Shown here one piece after another: positions 9,227-18,800 of a stretch of 64,000 bases of DNA. The notes beneath the pieces were generated by a model. The model had not been told where the DNA came from and did no database searches. It saw only the letters and a list, made by a program, of their open reading frames with translations. Position 1 is the first letter of the stretch, and every line of letters begins with the position of its first letter. Position numbers and translations under genes: made by a program. Source of the DNA: an uncultured Gemmatimonadales bacterium (GTDB taxonomy: Bacteria > Gemmatimonadota > Gemmatimonadetes > Longimicrobiales > RSA9). The stretch is taken from contig CAVUKA010000001.1 of NCBI GenBank assembly GCA_963741945.1, positions 480,001 through 544,000 of the forward strand. The letters run 5' to 3'.

Positions 9227-11309
9227 CTTCGGGCATCTCCCAAAGGGCTATGGTGGTCAGGGTCACGGTGGCCGGCAGCTCGGACAGCGAGAGCACGGGG
9301 ACGGCCGGGAGCACCGGCTCGAGCAGGCGACGCACGCCCACGCGGAGTCCGGGCGGCGTGACGACCGGCGGCAGCGCGCCATCCACCGCGTGGCGCGTGG
9401 TCAGCTGATCGATGCGACGCAGCACGGCCGTGAGGGTGTCCGGTCGAAGCATGGCCTCGCTCCGGCCCTGCCGCGGCGAGAAGAAGGTCATGAGCGCGGC
9501 CTCCAGCCGCGGACCGATGCCGATCCCTTTCACTTCGCCGTTCTCGTCGGCGAACATCTGGCCGATCACGTGGGTCAGGGCGCCGCGCACCGTTTCGGTG
9601 AGCGCCTCGGGGTCCTGCGTGCGGTCGGCGGCATCCGCCACGGTCTCGAGCACCGTCACCAGGTCGCGGATCGGGATCCGCTCCCTCAGCAGCCGCTGCA
9701 GCACGCGGTGGACGACGCCGAGCCCCACCTTCCCGGGCACCACATCGTCCAGCAGGGCGGGGTGAGTCTCCTTGAGACGGTCCAGCATCTCGCGCACGTC
9801 CTGCCGGCCGAGGAGCTCGGCACCGTTGGCCTTGAGCGTTTCCATGAGGTGGGTGGCCACCACGGTGGGGGGCTCCACCACCACGTATCCGCTGGCTTCC
9901 GCCTCCGTGCGGAGCGACGGCGTGATCCACCGGGCGGGCATGCCGAAGCTCGGATCGCGCGTCGCGATCCCCTCCACCGGGTCGAGCACGCCACCGGCGT
10001 CCAGCGCCAGCATGTGCCGCAGCACGATCTGCCAGCGCGCCACTTCCGTCCCGCGGATGCGGACCACGTATTCGGACGCGTCCAGGCGGGCGTCGTCGCG
10101 GATGCGGATGGGCGGGATCAGCACTCCGAGCTGCTGTGCCGCCTGCTTCCGGAGCAGCCGGATCCGCTCCAGCAGGTCGCCGCCCTGCTCCTGGTCCACC
10201 AGCGGGATCAGACCGTACCCGAGCTGGAGCTCCACCGGGTCCACCTGCAGGAGGTCCTGCATCGGGTCGTCGGGCGGCGGTGGCGCAGTTTCGGCGCGGT
10301 GCACTTCCGCCAGCGCCATGGCCGCCTCTTCCTTCTCGCGGCGAGTGAGGGACCGTGCCATGGCGGCGGCGCCGGCGGCGAGGGCGATGAAGGGGATGGC
10401 GGGGAGGCCGGGCACGAGGCCGAGCGCCACCATGAAGCCGGACGCGACCCAGAGCGGCCGTGGGTGTCGTCCGAGCTGCTCCAGCAGCGCGCCACCCACT
10501 CTGGACTCCCCGGCCGAGTGGGTGACCATGATCCCGGCGGCCGTGCTCACCACCAGCGCGGGGATCTGTGTCACGAGCCCATCGCCCACGGTCAGGAGCG
10601 TGTACTGGGAGAGGGCGGCCGCCGCCGGCATTCCGCGCTGGACCACGCCCACGAAGAGGCCGCCCACGATGTTGATGGCGGTGATCAGGAGGCCGGCCAC
10701 GGCATCGCCGCGCACGAACTTGGCGGCGCCGTCCATGGCGCCGTAGAAGTCGGCCTCGCGCGTGATCTTCTCGCGGGCGGCGCGGGCCTGGTCGTCGTCG
10801 ATGAGACCGGCGGAGAGGTCCGCATCGATGCTCATCTGGCGCCCGGGCATGGCGTCCAGCGTGAAGCGCGCGGCCACTTCCGCCACGCGCCCCGCGCCCT
10901 TGGTGATGACGATGAAGTTGATGGCGACGAGGATCAGGAAGACCACGATCCCCACGGCGTAGTTGCCGCCCACGACGAACGCGCCGAACGCCTCGATGAC
11001 CTTTCCGGCACTCCCCTGCCCCAGGATCAGCCGCGTGCTGCTGACATTGAGTGCGAGGCGGTAGAGCGTCATGAGGAGGAGGAGCGTGGGGAAGACGCTG
11101 AACTCCAGCGGGTCGGTGGTGTTGAGCGCCACCAGCAGCACCACCAGCGAGCTGGCGATGCTGGTGGCCAGGAGCAGGTCCAGGAGCGGCGATGGGAGCG
11201 GGATCACGAGGAGCGTGACCACGCCCACGATGCCGATGACGACGCCGGCTTCCGCCACGCTCCGCCACCGGGTCATGGGCCGGCCGAGCACGCCCGCAGC
11301 CACACTCAC
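9219..11309 (-). CDS. flhA: Flagellar export gate protein FlhA
   Basis: FSVFPTLLL, ITKGAGRVAEVAARFTLDAMPGRQMSIDADL, FYGAMDGAAKFVRGDAVAG. Confidence 0.98.
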   Translation of the reverse strand: MSVAAGVLGRPMTRWRSVAEAGVVIGIVGVVTLLVIPLPSPLLDLLLATSIASSLVVLLVALNTTDPLEFSVFPTLLLLMTLYRLALNVSSTRLILGQGSAGKVIEAFGAFVVGGNYAVGIVVFLILVAINFIVITKGAGRVAEVAARFTLDAMPGRQMSIDADLSAGLIDDDQARAAREKITREADFYGAMDGAAKFVRGDAVAGLLITAINIVGGLFVGVVQRGMPAAAALSQYTLLTVGDGLVTQIPALVVSTAAGIMVTHSAGESRVGGALLEQLGRHPRPLWVASGFMVALGLVPGLPAIPFIALAAGAAAMARSLTRREKEEAAMALAEVHRAETAPPPPDDPMQDLLQVDPVELQLGYGLIPLVDQEQGGDLLERIRLLRKQAAQQLGVLIPPIRIRDDARLDASEYVVRIRGTEVARWQIVLRHMLALDAGGVLDPVEGIATRDPSFGMPARWITPSLRTEAEASGYVVVEPPTVVATHLMETLKANGAELLGRQDVREMLDRLKETHPALLDDVVPGKVGLGVVHRVLQRLLRERIPIRDLVTVLETVADAADRTQDPEALTETVRGALTHVIGQMFADENGEVKGIGIGPRLEAALMTFFSPRQGRSEAMLRPDTLTAVLRRIDQLTTRHAVDGALPPVVTPPGLRVGVRRLLEPVLPAVPVLSLSELPATVTLTTIALWEMPEDA

Positions 11310-12394
11310 GACACCACCTCGTCCAGGCCCAGGGAGCGGCGGCGGCGGATCACGAACGCGAGCACTTCCGCCACCGCGACGTACAGCTGCGTCGGGATCG
11401 GCTCACCCACGCGGCCCGTGGCCAGGAGCGCCCGGGCCAGCGGCCTGTTCTCGATCACCGGAACGCCGGCATCGAGAGCCATGGCCTTGATGCGCTCGGC
11501 CACCTTGCGCTGCCCCATGGCCACGATGATCGGCGCGGGGGCGATGGCGGGTCGGTAGCGGATGGCCACGGCCACATGCGTGGGGTTGGTCACCACCACA
11601 TCGGCGTCGGGCACATCCTTGAACATCCGTTGGCGCGCGCGCTGCCGCCCCATGCTGCGGCGCCGCGCCTTGATCATGACGTCCCCTTCCTGCTCCTTGT
11701 GCTCCCGCTTCACATCCTCGCGGCTCATCTTCAGCTGCCGCTCGTGCTGCCAGACCTGGTAGAGGTAGTCCGCCAGCGCCACGGCCAGGTACGCCATCCC
11801 CGCCGAGAGGAGGAGGCGGACCACGCGCTGCTGCAGCTCGGCGCCCAGGGCCGCGGGCGGCCGGAGCGAGAGGTCCGCGGCGGCCTGCAACGCGCGGGAG
11901 ATGAGCGGGTAGAGCACGGCCCCGATGACCCCCAGCTTCAGCAGCGACTTGAGCAGGTCGGCCAGCGGGCGTACGCCGAAGAGCCGCTTCGCATTGGCGA
12001 GCGGTGAAACGCGTTCCAGCTTTGGCGCCAGCGGCTTCGTGGTGAGGATTCCCCGCGCCTGGGCCGCGCTGATCGTCAGCGCCGCGACAGCGAGGGCGAG
12101 CAGGATCGGCGTGAGTGCCGCGCCCACCTGCACGGCCACGTCGGCCACGAGGTAGCGGGCGCCTCCAATCGTCTGCGGTGGCGAGGCGGACGCGGCCAGG
12201 AGGCGACCGAGCATCGCGGTCAGGGCCCGCCCGAGCCGGGGACCACCCATGGACACCGCGCCTGCGGCCGCCAGCAGCATGACGGCAGTGGTCAGCTCCG
12301 GACTGCGCGGGACCTGCCCTTCCTCGCGGGCCTGCTCACGCCGGCGGGGTGTCGGCGCCTCGGTCCTCTCCTGGAACGACTGCGAGTCGGCCAC
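11306..12394 (-). CDS. flhB: Flagellar export switch protein FlhB
   Basis: RTEAPTPRRREQAREEGQV; NPTH autocleavage motif; IENRPLARAL. Confidence 0.97.
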   Translation of the reverse strand: MADSQSFQERTEAPTPRRREQAREEGQVPRSPELTTAVMLLAAAGAVSMGGPRLGRALTAMLGRLLAASASPPQTIGGARYLVADVAVQVGAALTPILLALAVAALTISAAQARGILTTKPLAPKLERVSPLANAKRLFGVRPLADLLKSLLKLGVIGAVLYPLISRALQAAADLSLRPPAALGAELQQRVVRLLLSAGMAYLAVALADYLYQVWQHERQLKMSREDVKREHKEQEGDVMIKARRRSMGRQRARQRMFKDVPDADVVVTNPTHVAVAIRYRPAIAPAPIIVAMGQRKVAERIKAMALDAGVPVIENRPLARALLATGRVGEPIPTQLYVAVAEVLAFVIRRRRSLGLDEVVS

Positions 12395-12397
12395 GCT

Positions 12398-13153
12398 TCA
12401 GTGCCCTCCCGACAGCGCGACCAGCGCCGCGCCGACCCACGAATCGAAGCTCGTCGCCCAGCCGAGCTGCGCGGTGGCGATGAACGGCAGTGCCAGCGCC
12501 AGCGTGGTCAGCCCGATGGCGATCTGGATCGGGAAGGCCACCATGAGGACGTTCAGCTGCGGCACCGCGCGGGCGAGGATCCCGAGCCCGGCGTTGCCGA
12601 TGGTCACGGCCGCGATCACGGGCGCGGCGAACTGGAGGCCGCGCGCGAACAGAACGCTGCCGACACCGAGCACGGCGGGGAGCCCGGCCTGGAGGTCGAC
12701 GCCCGCGCCGGCCTGCACGACATCGAAGCTGCCGGCCAGGGCCCGGAGCATCAGGAGGTGTCCGTCCATCGCCAGCAGGATCATGACCATGAACAGCTGC
12801 GTGAACTGCCCCAGCACCGGCATGGTGCTCTGGTTCAGCGGATCGAGGGTGCTGGCTCCGGAGAGGCCGATCTGTGTCGCCAGGAGGTCACCCGCGAACT
12901 CCGCCGCGGCCACCACCACGGCGGCCCCCAGCCCGATCACCACGCCCAGCAGCAGCTCCGCGGCCATGGCGCCAGGCCCCGCTTCCTGCGGCCGGGCGTG
13001 GGGGAGCAGCAGCACCGTCAGCGCCAGCACGAGACCCACGCGAACGGCGCCGGGGATCGTGCGCGCGCTGAACACGGGCGCGATCAGCACCAGGCCGGTG
13101 ACCCGCATGGCCACGAGGGCGGCGCCGCCGAGGCCCAGGGTGAGCGGGCTCAC
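12398..13153 (-). CDS. fliR: Flagellar export protein FliR
   Basis: RVTGLVLIAPVF, AGDLLATQIGL, LARAVPQLNVLMVAFPIQI. Confidence 0.95.
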   Translation of the reverse strand: MSPLTLGLGGAALVAMRVTGLVLIAPVFSARTIPGAVRVGLVLALTVLLLPHARPQEAGPGAMAAELLLGVVIGLGAAVVVAAAEFAGDLLATQIGLSGASTLDPLNQSTMPVLGQFTQLFMVMILLAMDGHLLMLRALAGSFDVVQAGAGVDLQAGLPAVLGVGSVLFARGLQFAAPVIAAVTIGNAGLGILARAVPQLNVLMVAFPIQIAIGLTTLALALPFIATAQLGWATSFDSWVGAALVALSGGH

Positions 13154-13419
13154 GAGATGATCCCCGGTATCCCCAGCAGGAGCTGCCGCGTGTAGGCCAC
13201 GGCCGTGGTCAGCATCCAGGAGAGCAGGATGAGGAACGTGATCCCCACGGCGATGAGCTTGGGCACGAAGCTGAGCGTCTGCTCCTGGATCTGCGTCACG
13301 GCCTGCACCACGGCCACCAGCAGCCCCACGATGAGCGCCACGCCCAGGAGTGGAGCGGAGAGCAGCAGCGCGTGGAACAGCGCGTCGCGGGTCAGGTCGA
13401 GGACCAGGTTCATGGGCAC
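13150..13419 (-). CDS. fliQ: Flagellar export protein FliQ
   Basis: VQAVTQIQEQTLSFVPKL. Confidence 0.96.
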   Translation of the reverse strand: MPMNLVLDLTRDALFHALLLSAPLLGVALIVGLLVAVVQAVTQIQEQTLSFVPKLIAVGITFLILLSWMLTTAVAYTRQLLLGIPGIIS

Positions 13420-13429
13420 GCGCGCCGCC

Positions 13430-14677
13430 TCAGCCGAAGCTCGCCACGAGGGAGTGCACCACGAGCGCCCAGCCGTCCACGAGCACGAACAGGAGCAGCT
13501 TGAACGGCAGCGAGACCATGACCGGCGGGAGCATGAACATCCCCAGGCTCATGAGCACCGACGCCACCACCAGGTCGATGACCAGGAACGGGAGGAAGAG
13601 GACGAAGCCGATCATGAACGCCGTGCGCAGCTCGCTGATGGCGAACGCGCTCGTGAGCGTGATCAGCGGGACATCGTCGATGGTCTCGGGCACCGGGCCG
13701 GCGGACAGGTCCACGAACGTGGCCAGGTCGGACTCCCGCACGTGCGCGGCCATGAAGTCGCGGAACGGCACCACGCCCGCTTTCATCATCGCCGCCTCAT
13801 CCATCTGACCCTCCATCCATGGAGAGAGCGCGACTTCGTTCACCCGGCGCAGCGTGGGCGCCATGACGAACGCCGTGATCAGCAGCGCCAGCGCCGCCAC
13901 CATCTGCGCCGGCGGCGCGGTCTGCGTCCCCAGCGCCTGGCGGAGGAAATGGAGGACGACCAGCACGCGCGTGAAGCTGGTCATGAGGAGCAGGAGCGTG
14001 GGCAGGAGCGTGAGCAGGCCGATGACCAGGACCGTGCCCACCGTGCCCGAGAGGTGCAGCCCATCGTCGTCCCCGACGCGGACATCCATGCGAGGGAGCG
14101 CCTGCCCGAGCGCGGTGAGCGCATCCTCGCCGCGCGCGGCCGCTCCCGCCTGGACTCCGGCCGCCGCGCCTGTCGGACCGGCCGCCGGGACGGGGATGAC
14201 GGCAGCGGGCGATGCCGCCTGTGCCGCGGCCGGCGACGGCACCGCGATCCCCGTTGCGGCGAGCGCGATGACCACGGCGACCAGGACGCCGAGCCGCCGG
14301 AGCAGCGGGGCGAGCGCCGGACGGTCGGCAAGGGTGCGGACGAGAGCCGCTCGGAACGGGATGCGCCGCCCGGTGTCGCCTGCAACGCCCGTCCGCTCCG
14401 TGACATCGGGAGCCCGGGCGTCGGTGTCCGGGATGGCGTCCAGCTCGGTGAGCATGCGAACGCCGCCATCGCCCACGCTGACCACGAGGACGCGGTCGGC
14501 CACGCGGATGGTGGCGAGGCCCTGGCGCGGGCCGAGGGCCACGCGCCCGAGCACGCGCATGGGAAGCGTCCCGGCGGACGGCGGGGCGAAGCGCTGGAGC
14601 AGCCTCGTGCCGAAGGCAATGGCGGCCAGCACGAGGCAGAGCGCGCCGAACACCCAGAACACGCCGAGCACGCTCAC
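13430..14677 (-). CDS. fliP: FliO-FliP fusion protein
   Basis: aa 1-80 FliO-like (TM + RVLGRVALGPRQGLATIRVADRVLVVSV); C-terminal FliP (LMTSFTRVLVVLHFLRQALGTQTAPP, PFLVIDLVVASVLMSLGMFMLPP, LFVLVDGW). Confidence 0.92.
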   Translation of the reverse strand: MSVLGVFWVFGALCLVLAAIAFGTRLLQRFAPPSAGTLPMRVLGRVALGPRQGLATIRVADRVLVVSVGDGGVRMLTELDAIPDTDARAPDVTERTGVAGDTGRRIPFRAALVRTLADRPALAPLLRRLGVLVAVVIALAATGIAVPSPAAAQAASPAAVIPVPAAGPTGAAAGVQAGAAARGEDALTALGQALPRMDVRVGDDDGLHLSGTVGTVLVIGLLTLLPTLLLLMTSFTRVLVVLHFLRQALGTQTAPPAQMVAALALLITAFVMAPTLRRVNEVALSPWMEGQMDEAAMMKAGVVPFRDFMAAHVRESDLATFVDLSAGPVPETIDDVPLITLTSAFAISELRTAFMIGFVLFLPFLVIDLVVASVLMSLGMFMLPPVMVSLPFKLLLFVLVDGWALVVHSLVASFG

Positions 14678-15027
14678 GCCTGCGCCCCGCCCCGTTGATC
14701 GTGGTTCAGGACGCGCGTGATGCGGATCCCGAACTGCTCGCCGATCACCACTACCTCGCCCTCGGCGAATCGGCGGTCGCCCACGTACACATCCATGGGC
14801 TCGCCCGCGAGACGGTCGAGCTGGATCACCGAGCCGCGGCCCAGCGACAGGAGCTCCTGCACCGTCATCCGGGTCCGGCCCAGCTCGATGGAGACGGGCA
14901 TCGCCAGATCATAGAGCGTGGACAGCGCGGCTTCGACGCCAGCGTCGCCGCTTCCGCTCAGCTCGCCGAACTCGGCCACCGCCGCCTCTTCCATCGACAG
15001 CCCCGTTTCTGCGTCCTGCTCAGCCAT
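14674..15027 (-). CDS. fliN: Flagellar motor switch protein FliN
   Basis: VSIELGRTRMTVQELLSLGRGSVIQLDRLAGEP...GEVVVIGEQFGIRIT. Confidence 0.96.
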   Translation of the reverse strand: MAEQDAETGLSMEEAAVAEFGELSGSGDAGVEAALSTLYDLAMPVSIELGRTRMTVQELLSLGRGSVIQLDRLAGEPMDVYVGDRRFAEGEVVVIGEQFGIRITRVLNHDQRGGAQA

Positions 15028-16021
15028 TCCCGGCCTCCTCCTCCATCACGTGTTCCTCGATCTGCACGGCCAATCCCCCCTCCATCGTCCCGATCAGACC
15101 CGTGAACCTGCGCGTCGCCCCGATGAGCACGTCCACGGGCGTGTCCCGGCCCAGTCCGGTGAGCAGCGTGCCGCCCGGGCGCAGGTCGGCCACTTCCCGG
15201 AGCGTCAGCTCGAAGCGGGGTAGCCGGACGGAGACGGGAACGGAAGCGCGGCGCAGCGCCCATTCGAGACCCTCGCGATCCCCCCGCGCGGCCGCCGGGG
15301 TCATCCCCATGGTGCGCACGCGCGTGCCCGCGCTGGTCGCGAAGAAGCCATCCAGCACCGTGAACGGGAGACAGATGAGGATCGGGCTCTCCTGACCGCG
15401 GAACCGCACCGTCAGGTTGGCCATGAGCACCGGGTCCTCCCGGTTCGCCGCCTGCAGCATGTCCGGCAGCGACTCGAACCGGGCCAACGTGAGCCCGAGA
15501 TCGACGTGCTCCCCCCAGATCTCCTGCACCAGGCTGGCGACGCGCTCGCCCACGATCCGGATCACTCGACGCTCGAGAACCGTCAGCGCACGCTCGGGCA
15601 CGTGCATCCGCTCCGCCGCGCTCCCCAGAAAACGCTCTACCGCGTAGAACGCGAAGTCGCGCCCCATGTCCAGCACGGCCTGCGCACCGCCGGGCTTGCC
15701 GATGTGGAAGACGAAGGACGTGCACGGGCTCGGGAGCGCCAGCACGAACTCGCCGAACGTGAGCTGCTCCACGCTGGCCAGGTCCACCTCCACCTGCGCC
15801 CGCACCCGCCCGGCCAGCCACCCCTCCAGCGACTTGGCCAGCAGGCCGTACATCGCTTCGAGCGTCCGCTGGCGGTCCTTCGACACCCGGCTCGGTCGCC
15901 GGAAGTCGTACAGCCGGACTTCCGGAGCGCGGGATCCTCGCGGCGGCCCATCGCCCGCTGCCGACCCACCGCCGGTGAACAGCGCATCGATCTCGTCCTG
16001 TGACAGCGCCTGGTTGCTCAT
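15020..16021 (-). CDS. fliM: Flagellar motor switch protein FliM
   Basis: LSQDEIDALF CheY-binding motif; YDFRRPSRVSKD; C-terminal SpoA domain. Confidence 0.95.
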   Translation of the reverse strand: MSNQALSQDEIDALFTGGGSAAGDGPPRGSRAPEVRLYDFRRPSRVSKDRQRTLEAMYGLLAKSLEGWLAGRVRAQVEVDLASVEQLTFGEFVLALPSPCTSFVFHIGKPGGAQAVLDMGRDFAFYAVERFLGSAAERMHVPERALTVLERRVIRIVGERVASLVQEIWGEHVDLGLTLARFESLPDMLQAANREDPVLMANLTVRFRGQESPILICLPFTVLDGFFATSAGTRVRTMGMTPAAARGDREGLEWALRRASVPVSVRLPRFELTLREVADLRPGGTLLTGLGRDTPVDVLIGATRRFTGLIGTMEGGLAVQIEEHVMEEEAGNG

Positions 16022-16023
16022 GG

Positions 16024-16530
16024 CTACTGGATCACGAACGTGGGAAAGAAGACCGCGGTCACCTTCGCCGGTGCGACGATCCCCTCCAGCGCACGGGCGA
16101 CCTCCCCTTTCAGCTCGTCCCGCTGACCCACGTCCGTCAGCTGGTCCACCGTCCGGGAGCCCAGCAGCGCCATCAAGCGGTCCCGCACTTCCGCTTCCTT
16201 CGCCTCCAGCGACGCCACGGCCTCGGGATCGTCCAGCTCCGCCACCACCGAGGTGAGCAGAAACCGGGTTCCCGCCGTCTGCGCGGGGTTCAACACCATG
16301 TTGTCCACCCGGAACGCGGTCGACACTTCGGCCTCCCCGTGCCCTTTGGCCGCCGGCTCCTCCGCCGGCTCGCTCATCCGGTGCACCACCAGGGGGCCCA
16401 CCAGCAGGGCGCCTCCGGCCGCGCCCGCCAGGAGCGCGCCCACCAGCATCAGGATCGCCGTGAGACGGCCCCGCCCCTCGCCGTCGGGGCCGGATGCCTC
16501 CGCTTCGTTCTGGACTTCGTCGTCCGCCAT
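16024..16530 (-). CDS. fliL: Flagellar basal body-associated protein FliL
   Basis: Single TM; MVLNPAQTAGTRFL, EVRDRLMALLGSRTVDQL, VFFPTFVIQ. Confidence 0.92.
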   Translation of the reverse strand: MADDEVQNEAEASGPDGEGRGRLTAILMLVGALLAGAAGGALLVGPLVVHRMSEPAEEPAAKGHGEAEVSTAFRVDNMVLNPAQTAGTRFLLTSVVAELDDPEAVASLEAKEAEVRDRLMALLGSRTVDQLTDVGQRDELKGEVARALEGIVAPAKVTAVFFPTFVIQ

Positions 16531-16577
16531 GACTGTTCGGTTGTGGGTTCCGCGTCTCGGGACAGCGACGGGGGAGG

Positions 16578-16592
16578 GCAACAGCCGTACCA
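16578..16592 (-). promoter_or_regulatory. sigma54 promoter of fliL operon
   Basis: TGGTACGGCTGTTGC on minus strand (GG-N10-GC). Confidence 0.85.
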
Positions 16593-16697
16593 CGGCGACG
16601 GGCCGGGCGGTAAACGTGCAACCCATTGCGCCACAGTACCTTGCGGAATCGATCCGGGCGCGGTTCGGGGCGCGCGGGCGGGGGGTGTGAGGGGCGG

Positions 16698-16736
16698 CGG
16701 CAGCATCTGCCGGCCCATGGGCGGAGAGGATTGCCG
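16698..16736. promoter_or_regulatory. Paired CGGCA-N5-TGCCG enhancer sites for fliL promoter
   Basis: CGGCAGCATCTGCCG (16698-16712, exact CGGCA-N5-TGCCG) and CGGAGAGGATTGCCG (16722-16736). Confidence 0.6.
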
Positions 16737-16782
16737 GGGGAGGTGGCCGGGCGACTCCGGGAGAGCCGCCCGACCCGTGCGA

Positions 16783-18108
16783 CTAGCGCTTCAGGTTGAC
16801 GAGCTCCTGGAGCATCTCGTCGGAGGTGGTGATCACGCGCGCATTGGACTGGAAGCCGCGCTGGGCGGTGATCATGCTGGTGAACTCCTGGGCCAGGTCC
16901 ACATTGGACATCTCGAGGGCGCCGGACATGATGACGGACTGGCTCCCTTCTGCGGCGAACCCGAGCACCGCGGCGCCGGAGTTGGCGCTGATGTCGTACA
17001 TGTTGTCGCCGGATCGGATGAGGCCGCTGGGGTTGTTGAAGTCGGCGAGCACGAGCTGGCCGAGCGTGAGATTGACACCATTGGTGAAGGCGCCGGTGAT
17101 GGTGCCCGTCTGGTCGATGCCGATGCGCTCGAGCTGACCCATGGTGTAGCCATCCTGCTCGCGGGCCACGGCAGTGGAGGCGCCGGCGAACTGGGACAGT
17201 CCGGAAATGCTGCCGCCCTCACCGAAATCCAGGGTGATGGGTTCGGTGAGACCGTCCAGCGTGAACAGGGCCTCGCCGGTGTCCGGATTGTTCGGGTCGA
17301 TGGCCACCATGTTGGCTGTGGTGTCGGCCACGTCGATGAGCTGGCCGAGGTCGTTGAAGCCGACCACACCGGTGCTTCCGTCCGTGACATCGATGGCGTT
17401 GCCATCGGCATCCACGGCGGACACTTCGTAGCTCCAGACGTTGGCCGTCTCCCCACCGACCGAGGCGTCGTCGGCGCGGGTGAAGTTGACGGTGAGGGTG
17501 ATCTCGCTGCCGCGGTCGTCGTAGATGACCATGCTGGTCTGGCGCGCTTCGTCCGTGGCGGCCTCGGCGTCGAGGTTCCCGCCAATGGAGACGAGGCTGG
17601 TAGCTCGGGCGGGCGATTTCTGGCCGTAGGGGAGGACGATGTCGCCGATGTTCTGGCTGAGCTTGCCATCGGCGTCGAGGGTGCGGCCCTGGACGACATA
17701 GCCGTTGGTGGACGCCACGAGGCGGCCGGTGGCGTCGAGCTGGAAGTTGCCGGAGCGGGTGTAGCAGTTCTTCTGTCCGTTGGACACCACGAAGAAGCTG
17801 TCCCCCTGGATGGCGAGGTCGGTGGTGACGCCGGTGTTCTCGAGGTTCCCCTGGGTGAAGAGGATGTCGATGCTGCCGATGTTCATGCCGAGTCCGACCT
17901 GGATCGGGTTGGTTCCGCCGCTGACGTTGGACGCGTTGCCTGCCGGGCGACTGGCGCCCTGCACCATCTGGGCGAACGCCTCCTCGAACGTGACGCGGGA
18001 GGACTTGAACGCCACGGTGTTGACGTTGGCGATGTTGTTGCCGATCACGTCCATCCGGACCTGGTGGTTGCGCAGGCCGGAAACGCCCGCGAACAGAGAT
18101 CGCATCAT
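16783..18108 (-). CDS. flgE: Flagellar hook protein FlgE
   Basis: MRSLFAGVSGLRNHQVRMDVIGNNIANVNT...GALEMSNVDLAQEFTSMITAQRGFQSNARVITTSD. Confidence 0.97.
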   Translation of the reverse strand: MMRSLFAGVSGLRNHQVRMDVIGNNIANVNTVAFKSSRVTFEEAFAQMVQGASRPAGNASNVSGGTNPIQVGLGMNIGSIDILFTQGNLENTGVTTDLAIQGDSFFVVSNGQKNCYTRSGNFQLDATGRLVASTNGYVVQGRTLDADGKLSQNIGDIVLPYGQKSPARATSLVSIGGNLDAEAATDEARQTSMVIYDDRGSEITLTVNFTRADDASVGGETANVWSYEVSAVDADGNAIDVTDGSTGVVGFNDLGQLIDVADTTANMVAIDPNNPDTGEALFTLDGLTEPITLDFGEGGSISGLSQFAGASTAVAREQDGYTMGQLERIGIDQTGTITGAFTNGVNLTLGQLVLADFNNPSGLIRSGDNMYDISANSGAAVLGFAAEGSQSVIMSGALEMSNVDLAQEFTSMITAQRGFQSNARVITTSDEMLQELVNLKR

Positions 18109-18128
18109 GGTAGGACCTTCTTCCTTGT

Positions 18129-18800
18129 TCAGTTGGCGCTGATCTCGAGGACCGCGCCGAGTGGAATCTCCATGGCGCCGATCACCAGGACCGGGCCGTT
18201 CATGCCGTACTTCACGCCGGAAACCGTTCCCGAGACGAGGGTCGTCGACGAGACCTCGTTGGCTTCCCCGTCCTTCACATCCAGCTCGCAGCGGTACGTG
18301 CCATCGGGCACATCGTCGAGGCCGTCCAGCTGCAGCGTCTGCCGCCCGCCGGCCACGGAGCCCAGCTCGATCTCCCTGACCAGCTCGTCGTTCTGGTCGT
18401 ACAGTCGGACAGTGGCGGTGCCGCCGGCGCCGCCGACGTCCGCGAGGATGGACGCCGAGCCACCGGCGAGCGCGACCTGGTCACCGGAGGCGATCACGGA
18501 ATGGCCGAGCGCCCCCACCGCGGCGCTGCTGTTCATGGCCTGGGCGAGCGCCGCCGAGTAGCTGGACTGGGCCGAGAGCTGATCGTTCACACCGATCAGC
18601 TGCTCCACGCTGCTGAACTGTGCGAGCTGCACCGCCAGGTCCTGACCCTGCATGGGGTTCATCGGATCCTGATGCGTGAGCTGGGCGACGAGGAGCTGCA
18701 GGAACTCCTCCTTTCCCATCGCGCCACCGGGCCCTGCCATGGCGGCCGAAAGAGCACCACCGGTGCCGCTTGCGCCGCTCGCCTGCGTTCCGTTGATCAT
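18129..18800 (-). CDS. flgD: Flagellar hook capping protein FlgD
   Basis: MGKEEFLQLLVAQLTHQDPMNPM...QLAQFSSVEQL. Confidence 0.96.
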   Translation of the reverse strand: MINGTQASGASGTGGALSAAMAGPGGAMGKEEFLQLLVAQLTHQDPMNPMQGQDLAVQLAQFSSVEQLIGVNDQLSAQSSYSAALAQAMNSSAAVGALGHSVIASGDQVALAGGSASILADVGGAGGTATVRLYDQNDELVREIELGSVAGGRQTLQLDGLDDVPDGTYRCELDVKDGEANEVSSTTLVSGTVSGVKYGMNGPVLVIGAMEIPLGAVLEISAN

